Source: Tubulanus polymorphus (Eukaryota; Animalia; Nemertea). Taken from it: a stretch of DNA of 64,000 bases. The notes under the pieces are model-generated. The model was given only the letters and a program-made list of their open reading frames with translations. It had not been told where the DNA came from and did no database searches. Location of the stretch: positions 19,648,950 through 19,712,949 of the forward strand of contig NC_134029.1 in the NCBI RefSeq assembly GCF_964204645.1, given 5' to 3'. A program made the position numbers and the translations under genes. This document shows, one piece after another, positions 12,360 through 26,471 of the stretch; the stretch's first letter is position 1, and each line of letters opens with the position of its first letter.

Positions 12360-12438
12360 ATGGCATCTTCAACTGTGATAATTCCTTTTTTGACGAGCCT
12401 AGTTTGGATACCGTTTTTACATTGCATAATTGCCCAAG
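12360..12438 (+). CDS. First coding exon of a host gene: signal-peptide-like N-terminus of a secreted or cell-surface protein
   Basis: AAAAC-ATG-G context; MASSTVIIPFLTSLVWIPFLHCIIAQ+G (hydrophobic core); consensus donor AAG|GTAAGT at 12438/12439, phase 1. A weaker in-frame ATG exists at 12261. Gene identity cannot be determined. Confidence 0.65.
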
Positions 12439-13877
12439 GTAAGTCGAAATGATCTTTTCTATTGATTCTCCGTATTTCACCTAGAGTTAGTTCACCGCTG
12501 ATTTATTATTGCACCATATCGGTTGTTAATCGTCTTCTAAACGTGTTTTCTGTTTGTGGCGTGGTTTTATCCATCCGGATTCAACTTCATTATATAGAGT
12601 TCTTATTCGAAGTGTTTAAAAGCCAAACTTCACCACCACGAATCTGGCTCGAAGTTATTTCATCATACGACTGTCGAATGCCGTGCATTCTCTTTCGTGT
12701 ACGGTCTTGTCCATCCCTTAGATATGACCTCTCGGCAATATTAAAATTAATCTCAAGAATAAATTAAGGGAAAGAAGGGTTTGAAAAAAAGCGAAAATAG
12801 CGAAGCTGGTCACGTTTAGGAGCTACTTAGAATTGGATAGTTGTTTTCTGTGGCATCGCCACATAAATATCTACTGTGCGTCCGAAGCATGACTTCGACT
12901 ATTTTCAAGTTAGCCTTGTTTTCTGGGTTCGATCCAACTTTACTCTGAATACACTCCTCGCACAAATCTCCGCCAAAATAGCTAAAATCTGACATGTATT
13001 TCGTTCCGGTGTATACGATGTCCGAGGCGGACACTATTCATTCATACTACAATGCGATCTCTACTAATGGCGTTCGAACACAACAGCAACCATAACGTCT
13101 AGATCTGAAAAGTAGTTTTGCGTCGCGGTGTGGCGTGTATCAAAGCTACGTTCCAAGGATCGCGTTGTAATTATTAAACGTCATCGGATGCGAGACAAAC
13201 GCAACTTCAGAAAGACGGAACGAATTTTGATGACCGTCGACGCTGCTCCGCGACGCGGCACATTTTTAATAATTCACTTCGCCTTGTGTCTATATTAGCG
13301 GCCGCGTAAACAGCTATAAAAGAGATCCTCATACTTACCGTCTAGATTGTAAAGCTTCCGCCAATATGCTACTATCAACCGATCTTGTGTGGTTGGTGAT
13401 TTAGTCTCTATTATATCTTATCGACTGAAGAATTTCTCGACGGATCGACGCTATAAAGATGGCATGTCATAGTCGTTCCTGAACGTTTTGAGTTAAGTGT
13501 TTACGAATCCAGTGAGGTTATAGGAAGAAGAAACAAACGAATTCAAAAGCTTGATGGGAATATTCTGTATTTCAGGAATTTTTTTTAAAGATTTTGCGAA
13601 AGTAACTCGTTTCGCTAAACCGTCTTTTCGTGTTTCGGTTCCTCGCGCCGCGCTGCCAGAAAACAAACCAGAAAAACGTTTCAATATCGCGTTAAACCAA
13701 TTTTCTTTCAAAAACACAAACCGTTTTGAATATGATGTTTTAAGCCAACCGCACACATAAACACAAACACGAAATAGAAACGCTTATCTATTTTTTTGAG
13801 GGGGAGTGTGCGGAAGAACGTGCGTAACATAGCTTACCTAAATATGGTTTCGCTGTGTGCGATAGTGGGCTAATACA

Positions 13878-14057
13878 CCCAACGCACACGACACGGGTAA
13901 CAGAGAAACACATAAACACAGAATCAGAAACATTTTTACCCGAAACCACGTTTCTCGTGTTTCTCGTTAATACATGCACACGACACGTGGAAACGCTCGG
14001 AAACATGTTCCTGTTTCCTGATTCTGTTTCATTTCTCGACGTGCACGTCATTAGGCC
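13878..14057. mobile_element. MITE family B (CCCAACGCACACGACAC termini, Harbinger-like), copy 1
   Basis: Left terminus CCCAACGCACACGACAC. Interior TGTTTCTCG..GCACACGACACGTGGAAACGCTCGGAAACATGTTCCTG matches the reverse complement of the 34.5-kb copy. Confidence 0.65.
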
Positions 14058-14756
14058 ATTAAACTCGCCGATGTTTTATTTCGCACATACGACAGCAAGC
14101 GTTGAATGACTTTTTCCATATTATCAATCGACACTTTCTCAAAATAAGAATGCTTGGGAAATACGCCATATGTGTGAAGAAACATAATTCGTACATTACT
14201 GGGCTAGCTAGAATTAACCAATACTTGGTTTCTTATACGATTTGATATTAACTGTACCACGTGAGGCCTAATTGAATCGATATTTCGAGAGGGGGGGAAA
14301 CGGGAAAAACGTTTACATTCGAATATATCCCCGAGTATAGCAGGCGAGAATCGGTGAGCCTATCGACCTTGGCGAACGGGGAAAAGTGAAAAGAATAATC
14401 TTTTCCTTTTCAATCCCGCTAAAAGGAAAAATGCTTCATAAATGTTTTGTAATCCGATTCTGTGGTCGTTGTAATCCCCTATGGTCGACAATGTATACGA
14501 TGCAGCGGTATTCAATTAACACAAAACCTATTCAGAAATTATACTAAACAACTTCAAAATCCGCCTTCTAGAATAAACGTGCCGATTTATAAGCTATATA
14601 ATATGTAAAATTATGTATATTCCTTATAGATTCCTTGAATCACAACAAACAGAAAAATGTTTAATTCCCCTTCTAAAGTGTACGTAGATTTTAATTTTTC
14701 AATTTTTTAAGTCAATTACATTATTACTTTCTGTTTAAAGATGTTTAAATATCGGA

Positions 14757-15012
14757 GGCCAGTTGCTCAAAAGTTGGTTAGAGTTGACCAGTGGATAGTT
14801 GACATAGTGACAGTTGAAAGTTCATTGTTTCTATATGGTATTTATCCAGTTGCTCAAGAGTTGGCTTAAAATAACCACCGGCAGATAAATGTCATAGTAA
14901 CAATTAACTTTTCATTGCCATTTTGTCAACTATCCACGGGTCAACTCGAACCAACTTTCCAGCAACACTGGCCCCTGTCGGTTATCTTTAAAACCATTTG
15001 AGCGACTGGCCC
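14757..15012. mobile_element. Fold-back MITE with GGCCAGTTGCTCAAAAGTTGG termini and extra TIR copies
   Basis: 14757-14804 pairs with 14924-14974. Additional TIR-like copies at 14846-14881 (+) and about 14979-15012 (-). Confidence 0.8.
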
Positions 15013-17292
15013 TGATTTTCAGAAAAGCCGAAACGTTTAATCCTCTTTTATGCGCATATTTTCGAAGTTAAATCTGAAAAACTAAATTGATACCAACCAC
15101 AAAACATTTCGTATACATTAATATTTGACACGATATGTTCCATCGCAATTCGATATCAAAACAGATGTCGAAAATGCTTGACTTGATTAATTAGTAAATA
15201 GTGCGATAATTTGTCGGCGATTATACGCTTGGTGCGAAACACCACTTCATATTTGTAATATCTGTATGCTGTCTATAGTTAAGAGGTTTTACGCGTAACC
15301 AGTCGTTGTTGGATAAGTAATGCGAAAACACACTCAAAACTGTTAAACCCCGTATTGTTATAGAGTAATGCGTTATGGGTTGAATTGTTTAGAGGCTTCG
15401 TGTGGGTTCAAACTACGCCGGCACTAGTTTGCCTATATCCTATACATTATGTGTGTTTTGTTTAAATATGTATATTATGTATATACATTTTGCATTTCTA
15501 CCTAAATTTACTGACGGCTAAACGTCAAACGAATACGAATATGATCGAAAAAAAATGCTTTCGACAAACAAACCGTACTTATATGACTTGTTCTTGAAAA
15601 TGTGGAATTAGTAATTGCAAACTTCGACATGTCGCACTACGCACATTTTTGCGTTTGATTTCGATGTCAAATCAAAAGTTCATTTTAAATAGATCTCTGT
15701 GAATATGTGACGATTTTCAATCGGAACAAATTCTCATTTTAGAGTATCCAGACAATCTTATATCACGGTTTAAAGTCTGTCGTGTACTATAACTTTAGTA
15801 TTGCGGCATAATATTCCCTACGCGTCAATACGATTTTCCCCATGATGAAACCGAGTGACCTCAAAACTTCAGTTCAACCGTGAGTCGAGTCGATTCATCG
15901 AAATGTCCGAAATCATGTCAAGTCCCCGCAGATTATGAATGACGACCGGATCGAGGACAGTAACCGCGGAAGATAATAGCACCCGGCACTGTGTGAAGTG
16001 GTTGTTAGCCGAATAACAGTGGATGGCCTTTCATTGAATAGCTTTATGGTCAGATTAATGGTAATTCGTCGGTATTTGTCGTAGTTGGAATGCTAATTCA
16101 TTTCTTCATAACACATCTGGCCATAAAATTGCATTAGGAGGCGTATTATATATAATCATAGGGAGATATAGTGATGATCTCGTGCTGAGTAGAATCCGAG
16201 TGTAATGAGTTAATTCGCTTAGCTGGGGGTAAGGGCCACTCGTTTCGCCCGTAAAATTAGCCATTTAGCTTGCAAGGCGTAGCGGGTGCGCCCTGGTGTA
16301 TATAATTAAATTAATACTCGATCCAACAGGTTATCAACCTTATTGACCTGTAATAACCAGGGGCGTAAAATATACCATCAACGGCAATGATAGCAATTAC
16401 GATAATGATAGTTATTAGCTATATTTTTTATTATGAATTCAAAATTTTCATTATTAATATTGTGAATTGTGTTGTAAAATTAACATTATTTCCTCTCTTC
16501 GAAATGCGTATTATTATTGTTCTATAGTCCTGCTCTTTTCCGATACTTAAATCCATTTTCGAAATATCGGAATAATTTATGAGATTATTACATACCTAGG
16601 TTACGCACCGGAACTATATCTGAGTGATATTCGATAGTCATAACTTCACTTCAAATATCACTGAACTCGCATTTACTGCCGGTAATACTGTTCATCAATA
16701 CTATCAAAATATACGCCGCCAAAAAGAAATGGTTTCAGGTTTTCAGATGAAATACGGATCAATTTTAGTTGAAAAGTTCGAATACGGTTATACTTCGACG
16801 TTGTGACAACCTCCGGGCGCGTAGAGGCACTCGGAAAGCTCCGAGAGGCGCGTTGTGGGGTGTGGACCGCATTCACGATACAATTACGATAACAATTCTC
16901 GTGAATTGTGTTTTTAATCGGTGATTCGAATCATCGACGCCCTTTGCTCATAGCGATAATAAACGAAGCCGGCTGATTCTTTTTTTTTTCGTACGAACTG
17001 CCGGCTGGGAACGTTGGAAAAAGTACATCGGGACGCGACCGCGCAGGAGGGATGGGAATTTTTCCATCTCCCAATTTATCATAATTTCGACCGTAATTGG
17101 ACGGTAATCGTACGGTAAACATTAATTCATAGCGCCCATCGTCGTTTGACATTGGCCCGGTTACAAAATGTTGTTTCTGCTACTTACTACTGTCTAAATA
17201 GTTGGACGATTATGATGGAATTTATGTATTATATGTAATTAGAGGAGCACTTGACAAAAATGATGAGCGCATTAGCTTATTACAATACGTTG

Positions 17293-17570
<278 letters not shown>

Positions 17571-20500
17571 TGCAAAATCTATTAAATACGTCTTAAGATT
17601 TTCGGAATAGAAAAGCGAAGGGGTAACAGTTTAATGGATCCGAATACAGACGTTTATCGAAAATCTAAGGAACGGAAGCTATATGCGTCTTCAGTGATAG
17701 CTGAGCCAACTTGTTTGACGCCGTAAAAACCGTTACATAATGTTTATATACATTGATACATACTATGCGTTATATGAGGGGTTCTATGTGAGTCGATGTG
17801 CACTACGCCATCAATAATCTACGTTTCCAAATACCAATTACAATTGTGAATTTTGGCATCTATTTTGTAACTAAATATATGTCATAACTCTTATTTCATT
17901 TTTGATAAATTTTGATAATTATTTTCGAGAGGATGTGTGTGCTACGTCATCAATAAAATCGGAGTTAGACTGGTTGCCGGTCAATTCAATTCAATTATCG
18001 ATGTATTCAAATCTAAAAGAACTTTATTGATACTTGATTTACTTTCATCAATGAAATACAACGAAAGTGAAATGCGTACAACAACCTTTTTTCTAATGCC
18101 ATCTTTTACATAAAATGTTCTTCCATTCACTTAAGTCTTATGTTGACAGATAAAAGTCGAATAAAACAGTCTAATCCGTGTAAACTCTGGATTAATTGAG
18201 TCCAGTCAACAGCCGAAACGTTGAGGTTTCGTATTGATGATAAATTTCGCCATATGAAATTGTATCGTGGGACTTGTTGATTCGTGTCGACAGATATTAG
18301 GTAAATATATCTAAGCATAATTAGCTGAATGAATTATTCTCACATTTTGCATTAATCGCTGTAGAAACGAATAGGTCGTGGCGTTCTCTTAGTAGTGAAC
18401 TATCAACAGTTTTTTGAGTCGCGCGCGCTGTTGACTATAGAAATTATCATTTCGTATCCACCGCGATGTGCGCGCTTCCTAATGAGCCTAATATCGTTTA
18501 ATAAAATCGGCAAGTGGCTCGTGGCGCAACACTGTGGAGTTTATATAGTCTGCGACGAATCGAAATCGATATACGGCACGCAACACCGAATCGACTGGCG
18601 CTCTCACACGAGCCAGCTTCGCGTAATCCGCGCCGGCGAGGGAAAACGTTTGAAAAGAAATAGATGCCGAGCGCGATCTGTCGGTTCCATATTTCTCGGC
18701 ATTTCGTCGTCTGGTAATACGCGTCTCTCGTACAGTCTGTGATGTTTTTACTATCGATGACACAAAAAGCGTAGAACCTCGTTACGTCGCCATTGTTACA
18801 ATCCCATTTGTTGGGTGAAAATTAACCGTTCTAAATCGACAGCTCCCGGTAAATTAATATACGTATACGGGGAAATCTGAGCCGTTTTCTAACTCGCGGA
18901 CTTTTGTCTTAGATGATAATTCTTCGCTGTCTCGCATTTCACCATCACCGAGTGCAGCCGATAGAAAAGCGACTACAGAAAACGTTTGATATTATGATCG
19001 AACTGAATACGTGTCATGTAATCCGGCGTGATTTAATTGTCAGCCATTGACAAAAAACTTGTCAGCAAATTATCTTGATGAATGTGTTTACGTATACGGC
19101 GTGAAACCCGTTTTCAATTTAAACTGCGGCCATCTTGAATTGCCCGGAAAAAAAACAGGTTTTTTCAATACGAATCAACCCATGATTATTATAACCGTTT
19201 AATTCACGCCGATACACAATTTTCTAATCATGTGTCTCGGTCTGTCTGTAGTACAAATTAAGGAACTATACAGATCTAAACTCGTTTATTTACTATATAT
19301 ATGTATATGCCTTTATTGCGTCGTGAAAGCGTATGTAATTGATAAAAATATGTACATTATTTGATGTCTATGCAGTTTTCAAGTTCATTCAAGTACACTA
19401 ATGATTTTATCAACAATAGGAATTCGAGCTTTATTTTCATTGTGTGTGTTTTAAACGAAGATGTATACATTCTCTCTAGAATAATTTGAGTGTCCAACCT
19501 CGAGTCATATCCGATATCGCTTGCATCGATTGCGACTTCGTAAAAACCTAATTCAAGCCTTCGATTCGAATAAAATGCCGAATAGCCCCGAAGATATGTC
19601 GTATTGTAGCTCAGCAGCTTTGAAGTACTGGTGGAATGTCACAGCTTGTGGGAAGCTCATTATTTAAATCATGATTGACACATGCTTTCAACTTACTTGT
19701 TAAACGTGGAAAACATGCATTTGCTTTTCTAAATGGCGTGTCACCCACGTCTTCATCAAGCAAACAGCGGTGATGTACACGTTCAACAGTCGCCAAAACG
19801 CCAACACGCGTGGTCGGGTGCTTGCAGGCGTAACGTAGGCCTAGAACTGTCCGCATTCGGGGTTAAAATGCGAATTTGAGATAAAAACACACACAATATC
19901 GATTGGCGGCACTTGTTCGGAATGCTGTCCTGGAGAACCTAGATGTTACAATCCCCACGCGCGGCGCTTCTTGCCAAGTGCGATGGTGATGTCCGCCTAC
20001 CCTCTCGCCCTTCTAATCATCCAGGCCACGTATTATACATATACATATTTGTCAATGGCTATCATCGCATCGTCATCGTGTCCGTAACTGTTATTGCTGT
20101 CGGAGAATCGATCCGCTTTCTGCGTGCGTTGTGTGTCTATGTCGTGTTAGCCGTCGGTTACTTCGGGAGATGTTGCAACTCGTTTCGGCTGCTCCCGGAT
20201 TAAGATTATGAAGTATCTTGACACGTCAAATCCTCATGTAACCTCCGCGCACGGCGGTAGACAGACCCTTCCATTCGACCGGGGAAGCCGTGAGCGATCC
20301 GGCGTACTGGCAGATACATCGAATTTGCCGCACGGGCAATATCGCTATATTTAAGGGCCTTGGTATCAGAATTTGTAAATTTGATTATATACGCGCCAAG
20401 ATTTGTATCGTGTGAAGTCACACCGTATGTAATAGACTTTACAGAAACATTATAAAGTTCGCGTGGACACGGAATGTCGGTTGAAAATCAATTACGCGGT

Positions 20501-21262
20501 AATACAAATCAATGGTGATTAGTTTATAGTAGAAATCGCTGCAGGGAATCGCGGGAATCTCAAATGAATATCGGCGCGGGAGACATAACATCTCAGATGC
20601 ATGGCACCGATAACAAATATTTGATAATAGTTAGTTTGTTGTTACCGTTTCTGAATGAGATATTGTTACATTTTACATAAAGCAAAACAATGTAAAATGA
20701 AGTCGGATTTTGCCACGCAACTTTGGCCGAAAATAACCGGGGCTCGTCAAGCTCCGTATGATATGAACGTAAACGGATGAACCATGCGAATTGACCTTTT
20801 CGCTTGCTAGCTTTTGCTAATGCATTTTTTGCGAATACATTTTACAGCGTTATGCGAATGATTTTTAAATATTTCATTTTTCATTAATTGTTCTCGCCGT
20901 TTGTCATTCGGAACGTTGCATTTGCGCCAGGCTTGATAATTGTCTCTCGGGCAAATTAATTGAATATGAATTATGAATGGACAGCGCATTGCGCGCATAA
21001 AAATACTATAATACAATCGACTGCACTTAAAATCTCCGTGTTATGTAAACCCGACTCTATCGTAAGCTATATCATCGCTGTGGCGGATTATGCTTCTGAA
21101 TTTCTGCAATACGGCAGATCCGTTCGCGAATGCATCTTTGTTTCCTATTCATTTCAATTCAATAATAACGATGGTGGCAGAATGAGTAATCCTGTAAAAA
21201 GTAGCAAATTCAGTAAAATTGAAGTCTATATGACGCACTATTGGGGGTGAAGGCCCATTTTC

Positions 21263-21463
21263 ATAATACTAATGATAATGGTAATGATGAATATAAACTT
21301 GTATAGCACGGACAGTTGCGTTCCAGGGTATATTAATCAGCGTTGGCTGAATAGTTTTATTTTAGCAGATATGATTTGAACTGTGTAACTGAAATGGATG
21401 CTGAGTAGATTTCTGTGAGTGGTTGAACTGGTTCCATAGTCGAGGTGCACGGTATGGGAAGGC
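21263..21463 (-). mobile_element. Degraded L2 LINE 3' end
   Basis: Minus strand translates AFPYRAPRLWNQF..SVTQFKSYLLKIKLF*, then GCTATACAAGT and an (ATT)-like tail. Matches the L2 C-terminal pattern RAFSxxAPxLWNxLP..FKxxLKTxLF. Confidence 0.7.
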
Positions 21464-22771
21464 TTAGAGAAAGGTGAACTTTGATCGAAGTAAAAAAATA
21501 ACAATCATAGAATTGCAATAACAAGATTAGACGTCCAGCTGCAGACTGTAATTTTATCTCTGGATTGTAAAACGGGCTAAAAAATTTTAATTAAAAAAAA
21601 ATGACATTTTCTGTTCACTGCTAAAAAAGTAGTTGATGAGTTCAAACGAGCACTTCACAATACACAAAACTTCGAGCGATAAAAAAATCGACGTAGATAA
21701 ACGAAAGATGTTTTTTTTATATAAGCTACGTATATAGGCCTAAGCCGCTGTCGGTGAATAATATTGTAAACACGTTCTGCGCATGTGCCCGATGGGATTA
21801 TCGGTTTGTTAACGAGCTCTTGCGATGGCGTCCCAGGCGGTAGTGCGCTCGTGCCGTTCCAAAATGAGAACGCGCGGCCATCCGATCCATATGATCGTGG
21901 CGCTGTCATTTGCGAATTTCGTCTATCGTTATATACGCTACTATATGTTTTTTTTCGACGTGAAACCATTTAATTAATCAACTCGCTTCGTAATGAGCTT
22001 GCAATGTTGTTGCTGGGCTTAATGGAGCAAGAAGCTCCATGTAAACAAATCATGTAACAAGATCATTAGATGTATATATATTTTTGCTCATTACTGTATT
22101 ATTACCACTATTCCGTTATTGTATTATTATGATTATTATTATTAATAATTATTATATCATTCTTAATATTTAGCCATTCATGAGACGCTCAACGTTCATG
22201 GGGGCCTCTGGTATCAAAAATGTACATACAAAAACTATTTAAATGACAGAAGAAAGCCGTACAGATAATTTCAAGTCGAAACAAATGTCATTATTATCAT
22301 AATTTAGCATCTGTTTATACGAGCCATCTGAAGAAAAGATTTTATTAGTATTTTGCATTTTGGCCGATTCGTCACCCCCATCCCCTATGGCACTGACAGG
22401 TTGCTCGCGGGGCTTCGGGACGACATGTTTTCGAAAACATTGTTAATGAAGTGCCACAATCGATTCCTTTGCAAGATCAAAGACGCACTTCAGCAATAGA
22501 TATAGATTCGGGCTATTATTTCACTGTCATCTTTGTAGTATGAATCTTGTGGATATTTCGGATATATTAGAAAAACAAATAAGCCTATGTCGATGTTTCA
22601 TCTTCGGATTCTTGGAAGGAAAATCTATTTCGGTTATTTAGGGGGGCATCTGAGGTCAGGAAGAATCGATGTCGGATAGGATACGGAATGCTTATACGCT
22701 GTTGAAACCAATTCATTGACTCCCATCAAAAAGTTCTGTATATGTCGTCTGTCCAATAATGAAGTCTCACC

Positions 22772-22941
22772 TATTATTATTAGTATTATTATTAGTATTA
22801 TTATAAGTATTATTATTAGTATTATTATTAGTAAAATTATTAGTATTATCATTAGTATTATTATCAATATTATAATTAGTATTATTATTAGTATTATCAT
22901 TATCATTATTATTATTAGTATTATCATTATCATTATTATTA
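22772..22941. repeat. (ATT)n-derived microsatellite with ATTATTATTAGT higher-order unit
   Basis: Read directly. Explains the poly-Ile ORFs at 22634-23089 and 22716-22979. Confidence 0.95.
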
Positions 22942-24545
22942 CGCATTTCGCGAAGCTTCCGAAACTGAGATCGGATTGAAATCTGATTAATTTTCTATTA
23001 TGGATTGATAACTGGTAATCGTTGTTGTATAGTTTATACTGTAATACAGTGTTGTGACGTGCTATTTCAACCGGTTCCACTCTTGTCAAACGTTATTAAT
23101 GCATGTAGAAAACAGATGTCTTTTTTCTATTTTTGAATGTGATCAACCAATATGTTACGTATATATCTGCACATTAAATGAAAATATGATTTTTTTTAAT
23201 ACGTACAGGCTGTGAGCCAGGGTGCGCTCAGGCCGTCGCTGTATTAGTAGTGCGTTTATGCATTGTTCCTTTCTCCCTGCTGGCCAAATGTGACCAAGTA
23301 AAAAGCATTTTCATTTACACATCGATATCAGAGATCACGCCGATCATTCAATTTCCCGGTTCTAAAGAATACATAGCTTTCCTAAATTCAAAACGGAGGT
23401 GTACCTATTGAGACAACAGGGAAGCTTTTTTCCGTATGGATAAAAATCTGCTTCGCTCGTCAATGTTGCATCCGAGTTTTTAGCGTTGAGTGGTGGTACA
23501 TACCCCTGTAGTGCACCTGCGCAAACTGGAAGATCGTTTTTCAAAACAGTTGTTTCGTCGTTGAAAAAATCGCGAAAGGCGATTCTAGTAGACACCAAGG
23601 GGGAAAGTACTACACTGAAACACGAATTCACTACGTGGAAACTGTTTTTTGTGGCCAATTGGAGAAGTGTTTCTCTAAGAAAGAACTTCTTTAAAAGTTC
23701 CAGTTCCTTATTCCTCCTCACTGGGAATGCGTCAGTTTGTTGAATTGCAGGCGCCTACGAACAGGATTTCTACTCGCAAAGCTTCATGAAAACAGCTTGC
23801 AGCTTTAAAAAGAATTCCAGATGAATACATTTTTCGGCGATTGTACAATAAGTACCGTTCAAACAGATCAAAGCGCAATGCACCAATCTAAAGCGTCTTC
23901 AACGATGGACTCAAAGAACTATAATTATTTCCAGTAATCACGTCGACATCCGCCGTCGGTCCCTGATTCGAGTTTTCGTATATATGTCAATTTCCTGTCC
24001 ACGCCGCCATTGTTCCTTTGAAGCTGACCACGTGATGTGTTTTTCTTGGCGACAGTTCCGTCGATTCGGGTCAACCTCGTCACGTCAACGCCGCACAACT
24101 CGCCGTCGCTATTGCCAATCTAACTGATCAATCGCGGTTCGGCTTGCCGCGTTTGTCTCCTTGACACGTTGATGGGCAATTATCGATCAGATACACACAA
24201 CGATTCGGATGCGGCTAATCTCGAGTAAACACCGAGTCGCTTGAGTAGCGTAGATTAAGCACTTTTAAATCTGCTCTGTCGTAGTTCTTGATGTTTTCAT
24301 TATTGGGTTTCAAATTTCGATATACGCGCTGTATTGGCTCCCCAATGACCTAATACAATCAGACCAGTCTTTATAGTTTAACGATTTCGAGTGTCATTCG
24401 TCCTCTCGAGGAGGCAACTCCCCGGGTATGACCACATCTATATATTACGTAAACGTCTGGGGCGGTTGACTGGCCAGTTGGCAACTGAATATTACGGCGG
24501 TTTTTCAAGATTCGGTAGTATCGTCGCATTTTCTCCAGCTTATCT

Positions 24546-24714
24546 CAGTGGAACCTCGTTATAACGAACTCGGATACAACGATCCATAGTCATATAAAGA
24601 ATCTCGTCCCAAGTAAGAAAATAATTCAACAAATTTCATATTGGATATAACGAACTATCGGTTATAACGTACTATCTGGTCGTGTGAAGTTCGCCGCAGT
24701 AACGAGATTCCCTG
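24546..24714. mobile_element. pogo/Tigger-like (Tc1/mariner superfamily) MITE
   Basis: CAGTGGAACCTCGTTA ... TAACGAGATTCCCTG|TA, with internal repeats of GGATATAACGAAC / GTTATAACG. Confidence 0.75.
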
Positions 24715-25213
24715 TATATATCTGTGGTGCAAGTGCATATAGCGTGATGCCGGTCTAAAGCGACCAGGAAATAGACATAGCTCCGTATGTAGATAATGGT
24801 CAGAGACGGCCAGCAATATCGACGTCTCCGCTGCTCAAATCAGGTAATATGGACAAGTGTTTCCCTTGACACGGGGTAACATTTATGGATAAGTGCTGCA
24901 ATCCGGGCTCTCAGTGAAGTGAACTAAATTGTCGTTCGAGTGTCATCGGTAATCATTCGTGTCTGGTCGGGCGCTCCTCGATTGCGATCAAAGTGTTCGT
25001 CTGCCATAACGCTCTTCCGCGTTCTGGATACACATACGTGCGTAGACGGGTTTTGGGGGCATTTACATCCATATCGACATATAATACATAAATATATATT
25101 CGCAAACCATAGTCAATACGAAATACGAAATAGGAAATGTTTAGACGTCCTATGTAAATGTCTGTCGGGCAAATGCAACAATAAAAGGAACGTGACGCGA
25201 CAGTGAAGAAACG

Positions 25214-25286
25214 CGCACTCACCGGGAATCGAACCCGGGTCTCGTACGTAAAAAGCAAGCGTGCTAACCAGTGGACCAAAAGGTAC
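25214..25286 (-). pseudogene. tRNA-like pseudogene or tRNA-derived repeat head (Gly/Glu-like)
   Basis: GTACCTTTTGGTCCACTGGTTAGCACGCTTGCTTTTTACGTACGAGACCCGGGTTCGATTCCCGGTGAGTGCG: perfect T-arm and B box, A-box-like segment, mismatched acceptor and anticodon stems. Confidence 0.7.
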
Positions 25287-26195
25287 AGTATACGTGGCCA
25301 GTGGTTATTTAGCTTGTATATGCGTAACATGTCCTACTGCACACTAGTCCACCTGGCGGATCCTCACTTGCCACTGACGTTTACAGTCGATCACAATAGT
25401 GAAACTGTATCTATTTAAAATGTTAGCTCATGTCGGATCGAAGCAAAATGTATCGCACGCTATGAATAGCTGTTTACTTCTACGGGGATTTATTAAACTA
25501 TTCGTACCGAGATTGTATTCGCTTTTGAATATAAAATTCGCCATGGATGGCGTGAAGTATTCTTCGGCGCGCGCGCACCGCACCGCGCGGTTATTCCTAA
25601 TTCATTTGTGTCCCTCGAGATGATGGGAAAAACGCTATTATACACGTCGTTCCTATACTGAAAATAACTTGGAAACAACCGCCGTTCATGAATAAATAAC
25701 CGTATCTGCGATCAAGTATCGGCTCGACCACAGCGAACATAGACGCCGCCATGAAAAATTCAACGTTCGCTTGCCGCGGCTGTCATATGTATTTGGATTC
25801 GATTTTTTTCCCTCGCGAGTGACATGCTTGTATATATACGATCTAATCTTATCGACTGGAATTCTAATGCCGTATCAGATCCACCCGCGGTAAATACGTT
25901 TTCTTGTTTGGGTACTATCGACATACTCAATTCCTGTAGGGCAATGGGAGAAGTTAGCGTTTTGATAATCGGGTATTCTCGTTGCGAGCGCGGGACAAAC
26001 GCCGCGAAGCGAAAGAGTCTTGAACCGTGCTCGAATACGATATACGCATTGCTGTATCATTATAAGTTTTAAGCACGGTGCAGGTAATGATCATTGAGAA
26101 ATGCATCTGAACTTTTAAACGTGTTATGGATAGGCATCATCATCGAAACTAAACCGTGTGGAAGATGAAAGAAAAAATACTCATAGTAAGTGAAT

Positions 26196-26471
26196 GTTAG
26201 GGATTTCATACCAGGGGTATGAGGCATGAGGTATTGAATTTTTTTTCAATTTTATTCAAAATCTATTAGGTAATTATAAAATAGATCTTAACTAGATTTT
26301 CAATAAAATTAAGTAAAAATATAATGATTTTAAATAAGTTATTTTATTTTTATTAAATTTTATTAAAAAATCTAGTTAAGATCTATTGTATAATTACCTA
26401 ATAAATTTTGAATGAAATTGAAAAGAAATTCAATACCTCATGCCTCATACCCCTGGTATGAAACCCCCAAC
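26196..26471. mobile_element. AT-rich long fold-back MITE, unclassified
   Basis: GTTAGGGATTTCATACCAGGGGTATGAGGCATGAGGTATTGAATT... pairs with ...AATTCAATACCTCATGCCTCATACCCCTGGTATGAAACCCCCAAC over more than 120 bp per arm. Confidence 0.88.

Noticed and set aside
13332-13345. Isolated minus-strand consensus donor ACG|GTAAGT (another at about 2866)
   Set aside because: No convincing partner acceptor or reading frame; such sites are expected by chance in 64 kb.
22634-23089. Poly-Ile ORF resembling a membrane protein
   Set aside because: Translation of an ATT microsatellite.
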